DNA of 64,000 nt from Salinispira sp. (GTDB lineage Bacteria; Spirochaetota; Spirochaetia; DSM-27196; Salinispiraceae), in the NCBI GenBank assembly GCA_965602015.1, contig OZ271918.1, positions 576,001 through 640,000 of the forward strand, read 5' to 3'. A program made the position numbers and the translations under genes. Under the pieces are notes generated by a model. It searched no databases, had not been told where the DNA came from, and saw only the letters and a program-made list of their open reading frames with translations. The first letter of the stretch is position 1. Each line of letters opens with the position of its first letter. Of this stretch, positions 1 through 9,535 are shown piece after piece.

Positions 1-136
1 TAATGGGCGTCCCATTCCCCCCTGGCTCACTCTCGAGGCTGACCAACTTAAGGCCGGCGTTAAAGTGCTGCCTACCCGGGACATGATTCCCACAATTGCG
101 GAAGAACAGCTTATTGTCGAATTCTACTCCAAGTAA
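1..136 (+). CDS. rpsD: 30S ribosomal protein S4, 3' end (partial)
   Basis: Frame from position 2 reads NGRPIPPWLTLEADQLKAGVKVLPTRDMIPTIAEEQLIVEFYSK*, the typical S4 C-terminus (EQLIVEFYSK). TAA at 134-136. Confidence 0.92.
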   Translation, partial: NGRPIPPWLTLEADQLKAGVKVLPTRDMIPTIAEEQLIVEFYSK

Positions 137-175
137 TTCGTCGTACTGGTATTTCGTTCCCTCAGGGGATATTTG

Positions 176-204
176 GCCCGCCGTGCACCGGCGGGCTTTT
201 TTTT
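176..204 (+). terminator. Rho-independent terminator after rpsD
   Basis: GCCCGCCG-tgcac-CGGCGGGC stem followed by T8. Confidence 0.9.
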
Positions 205-312
205 GTCCGATCCAGCAGTTTACGTCGGCCCACAGAGGGTCGCAGCGTAAAGATTTATGCCCAGCGGCCGATGTATAATGAAGAAAACCATCTGTTTACT
301 TCAGGAGCACAT

Positions 313-1662
313 ATGCAGAAGCTTGCCGTACTCAGTTCCGACAGCGAACTCAACGATAGAATCTCCCTGATTTGCGAGAGGTTCAATAATTATTTCGAAC
401 CCCATTTTTTCAACAATGCGGATCCTGCTATTGAGTTTCTGAAGTATGAGCTTCCTGAGGTAAATATTATCAATTTTTCCGATGACAAGATTGATCACGA
501 AAAGCTGCTGACCACCATCAAGGAAGACCCGTGGCTGCATTACGGCGGAATTATTTTGGTTCACAAGGGAAAAGACCGCAAGGAAGTACACGATATCACT
601 CCGTCGCTCAATGTGGTGGCGACCATGACCCGTGCGGAATTCGTAAAATCATTTTTCAGAGTTTTGAAAATTCTCGTGCAAAACCGGCAAATCCTTTTTC
701 AGCGCGATTTGCAGAAATATCTGATGAAAAGCATATCCGGCTCTTTGACCATGGACAATGACCCGTTTAACGTCGGCACCTATGCTAACCTCATCCCCAA
801 CTACCTGTACAACATCGGGTATATCGATCTTGAACTCAAAGACAAGATCCATGTCTCCCTGTTTGAAATGCTGATGAATGCGGTGGAACACGGAAACTGC
901 AATATCAGCTATAACGAGAAATCCGCCTGGCTCGAGGAGCATGGTGACATCATCGAATTGATTCGGAAGAAAAACCGGGATGATCGCATCAAAAGCCGAC
1001 ATGTCTTTTTCTCCTATACTCTTACGCCCGAGCGGTCGAGATACACCATCCGCGATGAGGGCAGCGGCTTTGATTGGCGAAGCTACCTCGCGGGTAAAAA
1101 AGACGATATGGCCCTTCATGGACGGGGAATCATGATGACCGGGGTTTACACGGAAAACCTGGAGTACAATGAGCTGGGAAATGAAGTGAGCTTCGAAGTA
1201 GTTCACAACAAAATGCAGAAGAATATGGTTCCGGCGATTTTTCAGGATCAGGAAGAAACCCTATTTGCCGATGGGGATATTGTTTTCCAGGAAGGCGAAG
1301 CCTCTAATTTTATGTACTACATTGTCAGCGGGCAGCTGAATATCTATCGCGATGAGACCATGGTTTCCCGCCTCACCCAGGATGATCTATTTCTCGGCGA
1401 AATGTCGTTTTTACTTTCCAATACCCGATCGGCGACGGTGAGGTCCCACGGAGAATCGCGTTTAATCAGAATATCAAAGAACAGTTTTGTTAATTCCATA
1501 AAAGCCCAGCCGCATTACGGTATACTGCTTGCCCGCCTTCTCGCCGGCCGCCTCGACAGGCTAAACGACTATGTCGCCAGGCTCAAGGGAAGCGGTGCTG
1601 CCCAGGAGCAAACCGAGGATGTCCTCGAAGATGTTGAGGACATCACCAGCGTCAGCGGCTAG
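313..1662 (+). CDS. Pseudo-receiver + RsbW/SpoIIAB-like HATPase + cyclic-nucleotide-binding domain protein
   Basis: N-box EMLMNAVEHGN, G1 IRDEGSGFD, G2 HGRGI and C-terminal cNMP cassette FLGEMSFL..RSATV. Start placed at ATG 313 after RBS CAGGAG. Confidence 0.75.
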   Translation: MQKLAVLSSDSELNDRISLICERFNNYFEPHFFNNADPAIEFLKYELPEVNIINFSDDKIDHEKLLTTIKEDPWLHYGGIILVHKGKDRKEVHDITPSLNVVATMTRAEFVKSFFRVLKILVQNRQILFQRDLQKYLMKSISGSLTMDNDPFNVGTYANLIPNYLYNIGYIDLELKDKIHVSLFEMLMNAVEHGNCNISYNEKSAWLEEHGDIIELIRKKNRDDRIKSRHVFFSYTLTPERSRYTIRDEGSGFDWRSYLAGKKDDMALHGRGIMMTGVYTENLEYNELGNEVSFEVVHNKMQKNMVPAIFQDQEETLFADGDIVFQEGEASNFMYYIVSGQLNIYRDETMVSRLTQDDLFLGEMSFLLSNTRSATVRSHGESRLIRISKNSFVNSIKAQPHYGILLARLLAGRLDRLNDYVARLKGSGAAQEQTEDVLEDVEDITSVSG

Positions 1663-1874
1663 GTCATTTTTCTACAATAGAGTATAAACCCCTATTAATC
1701 TGTGTCATAATGAATCATCCGCAGCATTTCCAGCGCAGGCCAGGAAGCCGGTTTCTGGGTAATTATGCCACAGTTTATCGACCGTATAGCAGATATCTCC
1801 CAGGTAAGCAAACCACTCAATTTTGTAAATCACTATAGTATAATTAATTATGATCGCTTCATTCGTTGCGCCGA

Positions 1875-1891
1875 TTGGCACGGACTTTGCA
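1875..1891 (+). promoter_or_regulatory. Sigma54 (-24/-12) promoter of the hsp20 pair
   Basis: TTGGCACGGACTTTGCA matches the YTGGCACGRNNNTTGCW consensus with exact spacing, about 43 nt upstream of the ATG. Confidence 0.85.
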
Positions 1892-1933
1892 TTATTTTGT
1901 ACATATACTATCGCAATAGCGAAGGAGGTTGTT

Positions 1934-2338
1934 ATGAGTGATTCGATTTTACAGAATCTCTATGAGCTGAGCCGTGAGATGACCCGGATCTTTGATGATG
2001 ACCAGTACCGCGGGGCATTTAGATGGCCGGAAACCAACATGTATGAGAGCGAGGATGCCTTCGTCCTGGTTTCAAAGCTCCCGGGGCTATCGAAGGACGA
2101 TATCGAGATTAGCGTGAGCGATAATACCCTGACAATTTCAGGGAAGCGTGAGCTGCCGGACCATAAAAAGGACAAGCTGCATATGAGCGAACGATTTTCC
2201 GGCAGTTTCGAGCGGAGTTTTATGCTAAACCGCCGAATCGATTCGAAGAGAATTAAAGCCGAAGCAGAAAACGGTCTGCTTATTATCCGGCTGCCCAAGG
2301 CCGAGGAAGCCCGGCCCCGCAAAATAAAAATCGCTTAA
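1934..2338 (+). CDS. Hsp20/alpha-crystallin small heat shock protein
   Basis: LPGLSKDDIEISV..LTISG, ERFSGSFERSF, AEAENGLLIIRLPK. RBS AGGAGG before ATG 1934. Confidence 0.93.
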   Translation: MSDSILQNLYELSREMTRIFDDDQYRGAFRWPETNMYESEDAFVLVSKLPGLSKDDIEISVSDNTLTISGKRELPDHKKDKLHMSERFSGSFERSFMLNRRIDSKRIKAEAENGLLIIRLPKAEEARPRKIKIA

Positions 2339-2353
2339 TCTAAGGAGGCGTAT

Positions 2354-2749
2354 ATGAACTCAGTAGAAACGTCGCGCAATAAGAGCAATTCCATGGTTGA
2401 GAACCGGAAAGGAAACAGTTATCGGACTCCCCCGGTGGATGTATTCGAAAATAGCGCAGAATATGTGCTGTATTTTGATGTCCCAGGAGTTGAGAAGGAC
2501 GATATCGACTTGACCGTCGAACAGAACTCCTTGAGCCTTCTGGCTGAATGCAGAAAATCGCCGGGAGACGGATATCAGCTGTTGAGAGATGAACTTGTGT
2601 ATTCCGGCTTCCGCCGAAAATTCGACCTTGGAGATACCGTTGATCCGGGCAAAATCAGCGCCGAGTATCGAAACGGCACCTTAAAAGTCGTATTACCAAA
2701 ACAGGAAAGTCAGAAACCCCAGCGCATTAGCATCGGCGAGGGAAAATGA
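2354..2749 (+). CDS. Hsp20/alpha-crystallin small heat shock protein (second copy)
   Basis: PPVDVFE, DVPGVEKDDI, AEYRNGTLKVVLPK. RBS AAGGAGG. Confidence 0.92.
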   Translation: MNSVETSRNKSNSMVENRKGNSYRTPPVDVFENSAEYVLYFDVPGVEKDDIDLTVEQNSLSLLAECRKSPGDGYQLLRDELVYSGFRRKFDLGDTVDPGKISAEYRNGTLKVVLPKQESQKPQRISIGEGK

Positions 2750-2784
2750 GAACGCTGACTCTTTGTCAGGCCTTTTACACCACA

Positions 2785-2820
2785 ACGCCTCCGGATTCTC
2801 CGGAGGCGTGACACTTTTTT
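2785..2820 (+). terminator. Terminator hairpin between hsp20 and the convergent HMA gene
   Basis: ACGCCTCCGGA-ttc-TCCGGAGGCGT (11-bp stem), with a T-run shortly after. Confidence 0.8.
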
Positions 2821-2844
2821 GCGGCTATCGCGAAGTAAGGGGAG

Positions 2845-3129
2845 TTACCCGCCGAAGTTGTCCACATCCTTGCTGTTTAAAACTGCAGAGTACCCGATTT
2901 TATCTACCAGCTTGACGATTTCATCGATGGTCTCATCGCGTCCATCGTACTCGAGCTGGATCTGGCTGGTATTTCGGTCTACGTAACAGTCCACCACCCC
3001 GTTTATTTTGGCTCCCACATGTTCAATGGTATACACGCAGCTGGTGCAGGTGGCGCCGTCTACGTCGATGAGGGCTTTTTTCGTCTGGACAATCGGGGTT
3101 TTTTTATCCTTTTTGCTTTTCCAAATCAT
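2845..3129 (-). CDS. Heavy-metal-associated (CopZ-like) metallochaperone
   Basis: DVDGATCTSCVYTIE (GxxCxxC) and C-terminal IGY motif. Start placed at ATG 3129. Confidence 0.8.
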   Translation of the reverse strand: MIWKSKKDKKTPIVQTKKALIDVDGATCTSCVYTIEHVGAKINGVVDCYVDRNTSQIQLEYDGRDETIDEIVKLVDKIGYSAVLNSKDVDNFGG

Positions 3130-3306
3130 GTGAGAAATATAGTGATTTTCGAATGCTGAGTAAAGCAGGAGACATGCAAGAGACCGTTCCTCCGTGATCG
3201 GCCGACGGCTTGACATGCAGGCCGGCATCCTCTACAAAGGGACGAAACATACAACGTGTACCCGCCAACGCGAACAGCGCAATACCATCTTTTCGGAGAA
3301 GATTTT

Positions 3307-4941
3307 ATGATAACCGTATCGGACCTGTCTCTCACATTCGGCACCCAGCCGCTCTTTAAGGAAGTAAACCTCAAATTCACACCGGGCAACTGTTACGGCG
3401 TCATCGGAGCCAACGGCGCCGGTAAATCGACCTTCCTCAAGATTCTTTCTGGAGAAATAGAGAACTATTCCGGCGAGCTCAGTATCGATAAAAAAGCCCG
3501 ACTTTCCGTATTGAAGCAGGACCAGTTCGCGCACGACGAATTCAGCGTTATGAACACCGTCATCATGGGAAACAAAGAGCTCTATGAAGTCATGATCGAG
3601 CGGGAAGAACTGTATTCCAAGGCTGATATGACCGAGGACGAGGGGATGAGGGTCGCGGAGCTCGAAGGCACTTTCGGAGAGATGGGCGGGTATGAAGCCG
3701 AATCCGAAGCGGGAATCCTGCTTTCCGGTTTGGGAATCGATACGGACCTTCACTACAGCGACATGAAGGATCTCGACGGGCCGCAAAAAGTCCGCGTTCT
3801 CCTCGCCCAAGCCCTCTTTGGGAATCCGGACATTCTGCTGCTTGACGAGCCCACCAACAGTCTGGACCTGGAGAGCATCAACTGGCTCGAGGATTTTTTG
3901 AGCAAATTCGAAAACACGGTTATCGTGGTTAGCCACGACCGGCACTTCCTCAACCAGGTGTGCACCCATATTTGCGATATCGATTTTAACCATATCCGCA
4001 TGTACGTGGGTAACTATGATTTCTGGTACCAGGCCAGTCAGCTCGTGGCGAAGCAGAAAAAAGACGAGAAGCGACGGGCAGAGGACAAGGCCGCCGAGCT
4101 CAAGGATTTTATTCAGCGCTTCAGCTCAAACGCCAGCAAGGCAAAGCAGGCCACAAGCCGAAAAAAAATGCTGGAGAAATTAAACCTCGACGATCTTCCG
4201 GCTACCAGCCGTCGCTTTCCCTACGTCGCCTTCAAAGCCGACAGGGAATGCGGTAAGGAAGTGCTCCATCTTCGCGGTGTGAGCAAGACCATAGACGGCG
4301 AGAAGTTCTTTGATTCGCTTGATTTGACCATCAACCGGGGCGATAAGGTCGCCCTGGTGGGACCGATGAATCAGAAAAAGAATGTGTTTTTCGAAATGAT
4401 CTCCGGCGAACTGGAACCCGACAGCGGCGAAATCGAGTGGGGGACCACCATAAAATCGAGCTACTTTCCCCGGGACAACACCAATTATTTTAGCGGCAAG
4501 GAAAGCATCTTCGAATGGCTGCAGCAGTACTCCCCCGAGCAGGACGAGGCCTATGTTCGGGGCTTTCTCGGCAGAATGCTGTTTTCCGGAGAAGATGCCC
4601 TCAAGCCCGTCAATGTACTTTCCGGCGGCGAGAAGGTGCGCTGCATGCTCAGCAAGATGATGCTCAGCGGCGCGAATACCCTTGTTTTCAATGAGCCGAC
4701 CAATCACCTGGACCTGGAGTCTATTACCAGTCTCAACAACGGCATTATCGGCTTTTCCGAGGTCGTTATATTTAATAGTCACGACCATCAGTTTATTTCA
4801 TCGATTGCGAACCGCATCATCGAGTTTACTCCCGGGGGAGTCATCGACCGGATGATGCCCTTCGATGAATATGTCGAGAACGAGGATGTCCGGGCTCTCA
4901 GGGATGAAATGTGGCACGGTCATCATCGCGTTGAAATATAG
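3307..4941 (+). CDS. ABC-F family ATPase (YbiT/YkpA-like)
   Basis: Two ABC cassettes with no membrane domain: GANGAGKST, LLLDEPTN, linker FSSNASKAKQATSR, LSGGEKVR. Confidence 0.93.
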   Translation: MITVSDLSLTFGTQPLFKEVNLKFTPGNCYGVIGANGAGKSTFLKILSGEIENYSGELSIDKKARLSVLKQDQFAHDEFSVMNTVIMGNKELYEVMIEREELYSKADMTEDEGMRVAELEGTFGEMGGYEAESEAGILLSGLGIDTDLHYSDMKDLDGPQKVRVLLAQALFGNPDILLLDEPTNSLDLESINWLEDFLSKFENTVIVVSHDRHFLNQVCTHICDIDFNHIRMYVGNYDFWYQASQLVAKQKKDEKRRAEDKAAELKDFIQRFSSNASKAKQATSRKKMLEKLNLDDLPATSRRFPYVAFKADRECGKEVLHLRGVSKTIDGEKFFDSLDLTINRGDKVALVGPMNQKKNVFFEMISGELEPDSGEIEWGTTIKSSYFPRDNTNYFSGKESIFEWLQQYSPEQDEAYVRGFLGRMLFSGEDALKPVNVLSGGEKVRCMLSKMMLSGANTLVFNEPTNHLDLESITSLNNGIIGFSEVVIFNSHDHQFISSIANRIIEFTPGGVIDRMMPFDEYVENEDVRALRDEMWHGHHRVEI

Positions 4942-4964
4942 AGGCAGAAGTATTCCAACAAGCG

Positions 4965-6488
4965 CTAATATGACCAACGCTGTGCATACTCTTTAATCTT
5001 GAATTTTCTCTCAAGCCCCTTGTCATTCATGTACCGCAGCTTGCCGAAGACCCCGCGCTCGGTCCAGCCGCGGTCATGGGTGCCGAAACACCAGGAGATT
5101 CCCGCGTAGCCGTTCTCGTCCCTGCCGTCAAGCTCGTACTTGTCGTTGAGGTACTTCAGGGATTCGAAGGCTTCTTCGGCGGTTTCGGACCATTCGATTA
5201 CCTTCTTTCCCCAGTACATCCTCATATAGCCGTGCATCTTGCCCCTTACGAGCATTTCACGTTGACAGGCATTCCAGTACGGATCGTGGGTTTTGGCCTT
5301 TTCGAGCTCCTCCCTGCTGTAGATGTATGCCCGCTGGTCTCCCCGGTGTTCCTCGATGGTTTTTTGAGCCCACTCGGGAATGCCCTTGATGCTGTCGTAT
5401 TGGGGATTATAGAGCACGAAGTTTCTCGCCAGTTCCCGGCGGACGATGAGTTCCTCCAAATAGGCTTCCAGACTCTCGTCCGGGACGGCTGAGGGCGCCT
5501 TTTTCGGGTTCTGTTTGAGGTCCGCTGCGCTTGATACCGCTTCCCAGGCTATCCGTAGGGGGCTGATCATCCCGAAATGCAGGTATGGGCTGATTTCGCT
5601 CTGAGACGGATCGGCCGGATCATTTCGGCCCTGTCCGTATCGGGGGAACACATCGCTGAGAAAGCGGGAGAGTCGCTCATGGGCTTCATCTTCACCGCCG
5701 TGAAAATCTTCAGAAACCGGAACATCCTTGTCGGGCAGCGGCAGCTTGTGTTTGTGAAGCAGCTGCATGAAGTCTTCGGGAGTGCCAAGCGATTGGAGCT
5801 CATCGGGAGTGAATACGGGAAACTGTTCAGTGCCGACAAGGGGACTGGGGGCATCTTCATTGGTCAGGGATTCCCTTGAGACATATTGCTGGGGCTCACC
5901 CATGTAAAAACCTTCGGCCTCCTCTTCCCCGTGCAGATAATCGAGCCATTGTCCGGTTATTTTTCGCCGGATTGTGGCGGCGGCATACTCCTGCTTCTCA
6001 CTGACAAGATCGCAGGGCACAACGACCTCCGACTCCACCTGGAAAAGGGGCACTCCCTTATTGCCCAGGACTTCGGCGGTCTTTTTTCTCCAAGCCCGAA
6101 GATGCCGAAGGTAGGCCCGCTCGGTTATTACCTCCGAAAGCTCCTGTATTTCCGGAAGGACTTCCCAGGGCGGAGCGGCATACACACAAAAATTGATTCC
6201 TGCGTCGGCAAACTTTTTGCTTAGTTGTTTTATGCCTTCCATCATGAACCAAAAATGGCGCAGGTTTGCCGACGGATAAGAAGTGCTGAGGAAGAATGCG
6301 ACCGAGAAGGGAATACCATCGTCGCTGCTGCGCTTGAGGGCGTAGTTCAATGCCATATTGTCGCTGAAGCGCTGGGCGCTTTGCATCCAGTATACCCGCT
6401 GTCCGGAAGCCGGCTTTTCTGTTTTTCGGTCATCATCTCCGGGGGAATTTATCAGTGTCACCCGGTGGTCAAAACTCGGAATAGTCAT
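4965..6488 (-). CDS. phrB: Deoxyribodipyrimidine photolyase, class II
   Basis: YWMQSAQRFSDNMAL, SEISPYLHFGMIS, EELIVRREL, KMHGYMRMYWGKK, NDKYELDGRDENGY. Confidence 0.95.
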   Translation of the reverse strand: MTIPSFDHRVTLINSPGDDDRKTEKPASGQRVYWMQSAQRFSDNMALNYALKRSSDDGIPFSVAFFLSTSYPSANLRHFWFMMEGIKQLSKKFADAGINFCVYAAPPWEVLPEIQELSEVITERAYLRHLRAWRKKTAEVLGNKGVPLFQVESEVVVPCDLVSEKQEYAAATIRRKITGQWLDYLHGEEEAEGFYMGEPQQYVSRESLTNEDAPSPLVGTEQFPVFTPDELQSLGTPEDFMQLLHKHKLPLPDKDVPVSEDFHGGEDEAHERLSRFLSDVFPRYGQGRNDPADPSQSEISPYLHFGMISPLRIAWEAVSSAADLKQNPKKAPSAVPDESLEAYLEELIVRRELARNFVLYNPQYDSIKGIPEWAQKTIEEHRGDQRAYIYSREELEKAKTHDPYWNACQREMLVRGKMHGYMRMYWGKKVIEWSETAEEAFESLKYLNDKYELDGRDENGYAGISWCFGTHDRGWTERGVFGKLRYMNDKGLERKFKIKEYAQRWSY

Positions 6489-6585
6489 AGCTTCAAGATA
6501 CTATCTTCATTGGCGGAAGGGGTATTTTATGCCTGATGCTTGATGATTGGCAGCACAACTCCTATGCTGTATGTGGGGATGTGAC

Positions 6586-8031
6586 ATGGCTGATAATTTC
6601 GCGCATAAAATACTGATCGTGGATGACGAATATCCGACTTCGCGGCTGTACTCTGTTATCCTCGGGGAAAACGGATTTCGCAACGTATTCACCTGCGAAG
6701 ACAGCCGGGAAGCCCTGGGAATAATCGAAAAAGAAGACATCGATTTAGTCCTCACGGATCTGATGATGCCTAACATGGACGGCAGGGAACTGCTCATGAA
6801 GATTTCCGAGCGTTTCCCCAATGTGCCGGTGATTATCCTGACGGCACAGGACAAGGTTGAAACCGCCGTCGAGTGCATGAAGGTGGGGGCCTTCGATTTT
6901 ATGACCAAGCCCGTCGACCCCAACAGGCTGTTGTCAGCGGTTCATCACGGCATAACCATCCGCGATCTCAAAGCGGAGGTCAGCATCCTCTCCAGCGAGC
7001 GCACCCAATGGGATCTTTCGCGGCCGGATGTCTTCGAGCCCATAATCACCCGCAGCGCCAAAATGAGGAAAATATTCGCCTACATGGAGGCAATCGTTCA
7101 CAGTCCCAAGGCAGTGCTCATAACCGGCGAAAGCGGCACCGGAAAAGAGTTGATAGCAAAGGCAATTCACGATTTGCGGGGCGGAAAGGGCGACTTCGTG
7201 GCGGTGAATGTTTCGGGCCTTGATGACGCGGTCTTCAGCGATTCCCTGTTCGGACACCGGAAGGGAAGCTTTACCGGTGCCGACGAACCACGCAAGGGAC
7301 TCATTGAGCAGGCGAACCGGGGCACCCTCTTTCTCGATGAGATCGGGGACCTTCAGGCCCAGAGTCAGGTCAAGCTGCTTCGCCTTCTCCAGGAGGGGGA
7401 GTATTACCCCCTGGGAGCCGATAAACCCGAGACCTCCGATGCCCGAATTGTGGCGGCAACTAACGCCGACTTGCACCAGAAGCAGGAAGACGGAAGCTTC
7501 AGACGGGATTTGTACTATCGTCTTATCGCTCACCACATTGAGTTGCCGCCGCTGAGAGAACGACCGGAGGACATACCCCTCCTCATCGACTACTTCCTCA
7601 AGGAAGCGCTGGTTTCCCTGGGAAGGCCGTCCAGCGATTGCCCGGAGGAGCTTCCCGAACTGCTCAAGGGCTATTATTTTCCCGGCAATGTGCGGGAGCT
7701 CCAGGGCCTGATGTACGATCTTGTCACCGCGAGTCCGGGCAGCCGGCTTGACAGCTCAATCATCAGGGAATACGTCTTTTCCCATCAGGAAGCCCAAAAT
7801 GATAGCGAATCGCCGAGCATTGAGTCCCTCCAGCAGCGTTATCTCGAGGGACCTGCGGGGATTCTTGTTCCCAGGGACCGGCTTCCCCCCATGAAAGACC
7901 TGGAACATTTCCTCTACGAGGCTGCCCTGGAACGAACCAACGGGAACCAAAGCAGGGCCGCCAGGCTCCTGGACATCAGTCAGTCCACCCTGAGCCGCTG
8001 GAAGCAGCAGATCGCGGGAAAAGGCAGTTAA
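6586..8031 (+). CDS. Sigma54-dependent response regulator (NtrC family; REC-AAA+-Fis HTH)
   Basis: Receiver ILIVDD...TDLMMP...KP, Walker A GESGTGKE, GSFTGA loop, LFLDEIG, FRRDLYYRL, PGNVREL and C-terminal HTH. Confidence 0.95.
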   Translation: MADNFAHKILIVDDEYPTSRLYSVILGENGFRNVFTCEDSREALGIIEKEDIDLVLTDLMMPNMDGRELLMKISERFPNVPVIILTAQDKVETAVECMKVGAFDFMTKPVDPNRLLSAVHHGITIRDLKAEVSILSSERTQWDLSRPDVFEPIITRSAKMRKIFAYMEAIVHSPKAVLITGESGTGKELIAKAIHDLRGGKGDFVAVNVSGLDDAVFSDSLFGHRKGSFTGADEPRKGLIEQANRGTLFLDEIGDLQAQSQVKLLRLLQEGEYYPLGADKPETSDARIVAATNADLHQKQEDGSFRRDLYYRLIAHHIELPPLRERPEDIPLLIDYFLKEALVSLGRPSSDCPEELPELLKGYYFPGNVRELQGLMYDLVTASPGSRLDSSIIREYVFSHQEAQNDSESPSIESLQQRYLEGPAGILVPRDRLPPMKDLEHFLYEAALERTNGNQSRAARLLDISQSTLSRWKQQIAGKGS

Positions 8032-8155
8032 TACCTGTATTTTGGCCCGCTTACGGGTATAATTCTCGAGGAGACAGAGAGAAATTCGAGAAAATGTGAC
8101 TGGAAAAAATCCGGTTTATTGTTTACATTTAAAAGATAGAGATGCAGGAGTTAAG

Positions 8156-8593
8156 ATGAGAAGCAAAGGTGATTTCCCCAGTATTAATGAAAAGGACCCC
8201 GAAGGAATAAAGCCCGAGGGCACGCCCTACAAGGTCCTTATTGTTGACGATTCAATGTTCATCGCAAAGCAGCTCAATCAGATTCTTACCTCCGCCGGGT
8301 TCGAAGTTGTGGCCACCGCTGCGGACGGGGAAGAGGGCCTTGAGAAATACAAGGAACTGCATCCCGGAATTGATCTTGTCACCATGGATATCACCATGCC
8401 CAAAATGGACGGGGTTACGGCCCTTGAAAAGATCATGGAATTCGATAAGGACGCCACTGTTGTGATGATTTCCGCCCTGGGTAAGAACGATCTTGTCAAG
8501 GACAGCCTCATGAAGGGGGCAAAGAATTACATCGTCAAGCCGCTAGACAGGGCCAAGGTCCTTGAGCGCATCGTCAATAGTCTCAATCAGTAA
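8156..8593 (+). CDS. cheY: Chemotaxis response regulator CheY (spirochaete type)
   Basis: Single receiver domain VLIVDDS...MDITMP...KP with an N-terminal extension (KGDFPSINE) like spirochaete CheY. RBS CAGGAG. Confidence 0.85.
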   Translation: MRSKGDFPSINEKDPEGIKPEGTPYKVLIVDDSMFIAKQLNQILTSAGFEVVATAADGEEGLEKYKELHPGIDLVTMDITMPKMDGVTALEKIMEFDKDATVVMISALGKNDLVKDSLMKGAKNYIVKPLDRAKVLERIVNSLNQ

Positions 8594-8605
8594 CAGTCCG
8601 GACAT

Positions 8606-9535
8606 GTGAATATCCCCTCCCTCATTATCCGACGGTTTACCCGCCTGGTCTTTACGGTACTGATTGCCAGTACCGCTGTGTTTTTTCTGTTAAGAGTCAT
8701 CCCGGGTGATCCCGCAAGGATTATCGCCGGCATGGATGCGGGTTCTAATCCCGAAGTGTTGGAGCAAATCCGAAGCCAGCTCGGTCTGGACCGCAGCATA
8801 ACCGCCCAATATGCCGACTGGCTGTGGTCCACCATTACCCTGAATTTTGGCAACTCGTTCCGCAACGGCCGTCCGGTGATGCAGCTTTTGCGCCAACGCT
8901 TGGGCGTAACATTGCTGCTCGCGCTGTTTGGCATGATTATCTCGTTGCTCATTGCCGTCCCCGTTGGCGTCATGGCCGCCGTAAAAAAGGACGGGCCCGC
9001 CGATCGCGTTCTGATGGGCTCCTCCCATGTCCTATTGGCGGTGCCGGAGTTCTGGCTCGGAATTATCCTTCTACTCCTTTTCTCCGTATATATCCCGCTT
9101 TTTCCCCTGTTCGGATCGGGTAGCCTGATGCATTTAATTCTGCCGTCCTTGGCCCTCGGCCTGGGTCGGGCAGCATTTTTGAGCAGGCTCGTTCGAACCT
9201 CGGTTATTCGAGAGCTTAAGCAGGATTATCTGCTCTTTCTGCGCCATTTGGGGGTTCCGCGCGGCAGAATTATTCTCAGGCATGTGCTGCCCAACGCCAT
9301 GATCCCCATTGTGATTCCCGCAGCCATACAGTTTGGCTACCTCCTCGGCGGAGCCATCATCATTGAGCAGGTGTTCGGAATGGGGGGCACCGGAAGGCTG
9401 CTGCTGCAGGCAATTCAAAGCCGGGATTTCCCCCTGATACAGGGAGGCGTCATCGTCCTTGCGATTATCTTTTCAACGGTTAATTTTGCCGCTGACATTC
9501 TCACCGCCGTCGCCGATCCACGGAGCCGTATATGA
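8606..9535 (+). CDS. Peptide/nickel ABC transporter permease (DppB-like)
   Basis: PGDPA, LGLDRS, GGAIIIEQVF..G.G.L, RDFPLIQG. Confidence 0.9.
   Translation: MNIPSLIIRRFTRLVFTVLIASTAVFFLLRVIPGDPARIIAGMDAGSNPEVLEQIRSQLGLDRSITAQYADWLWSTITLNFGNSFRNGRPVMQLLRQRLGVTLLLALFGMIISLLIAVPVGVMAAVKKDGPADRVLMGSSHVLLAVPEFWLGIILLLLFSVYIPLFPLFGSGSLMHLILPSLALGLGRAAFLSRLVRTSVIRELKQDYLLFLRHLGVPRGRIILRHVLPNAMIPIVIPAAIQFGYLLGGAIIIEQVFGMGGTGRLLLQAIQSRDFPLIQGGVIVLAIIFSTVNFAADILTAVADPRSRI

Noticed and set aside
3232..4788. Long antisense ORFs (e.g. 3232-3993, 4180-4788; likewise 57102-57806, 59549-60244)
   Set aside because: Shadow frames of well-supported genes on the opposite strand, with no motifs of their own.
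6547..6567. Sigma54 promoter between phrB and the NtrC-type gene (TTGGCAGC...)
   Set aside because: No GC at the required 10-nt spacing after GG.
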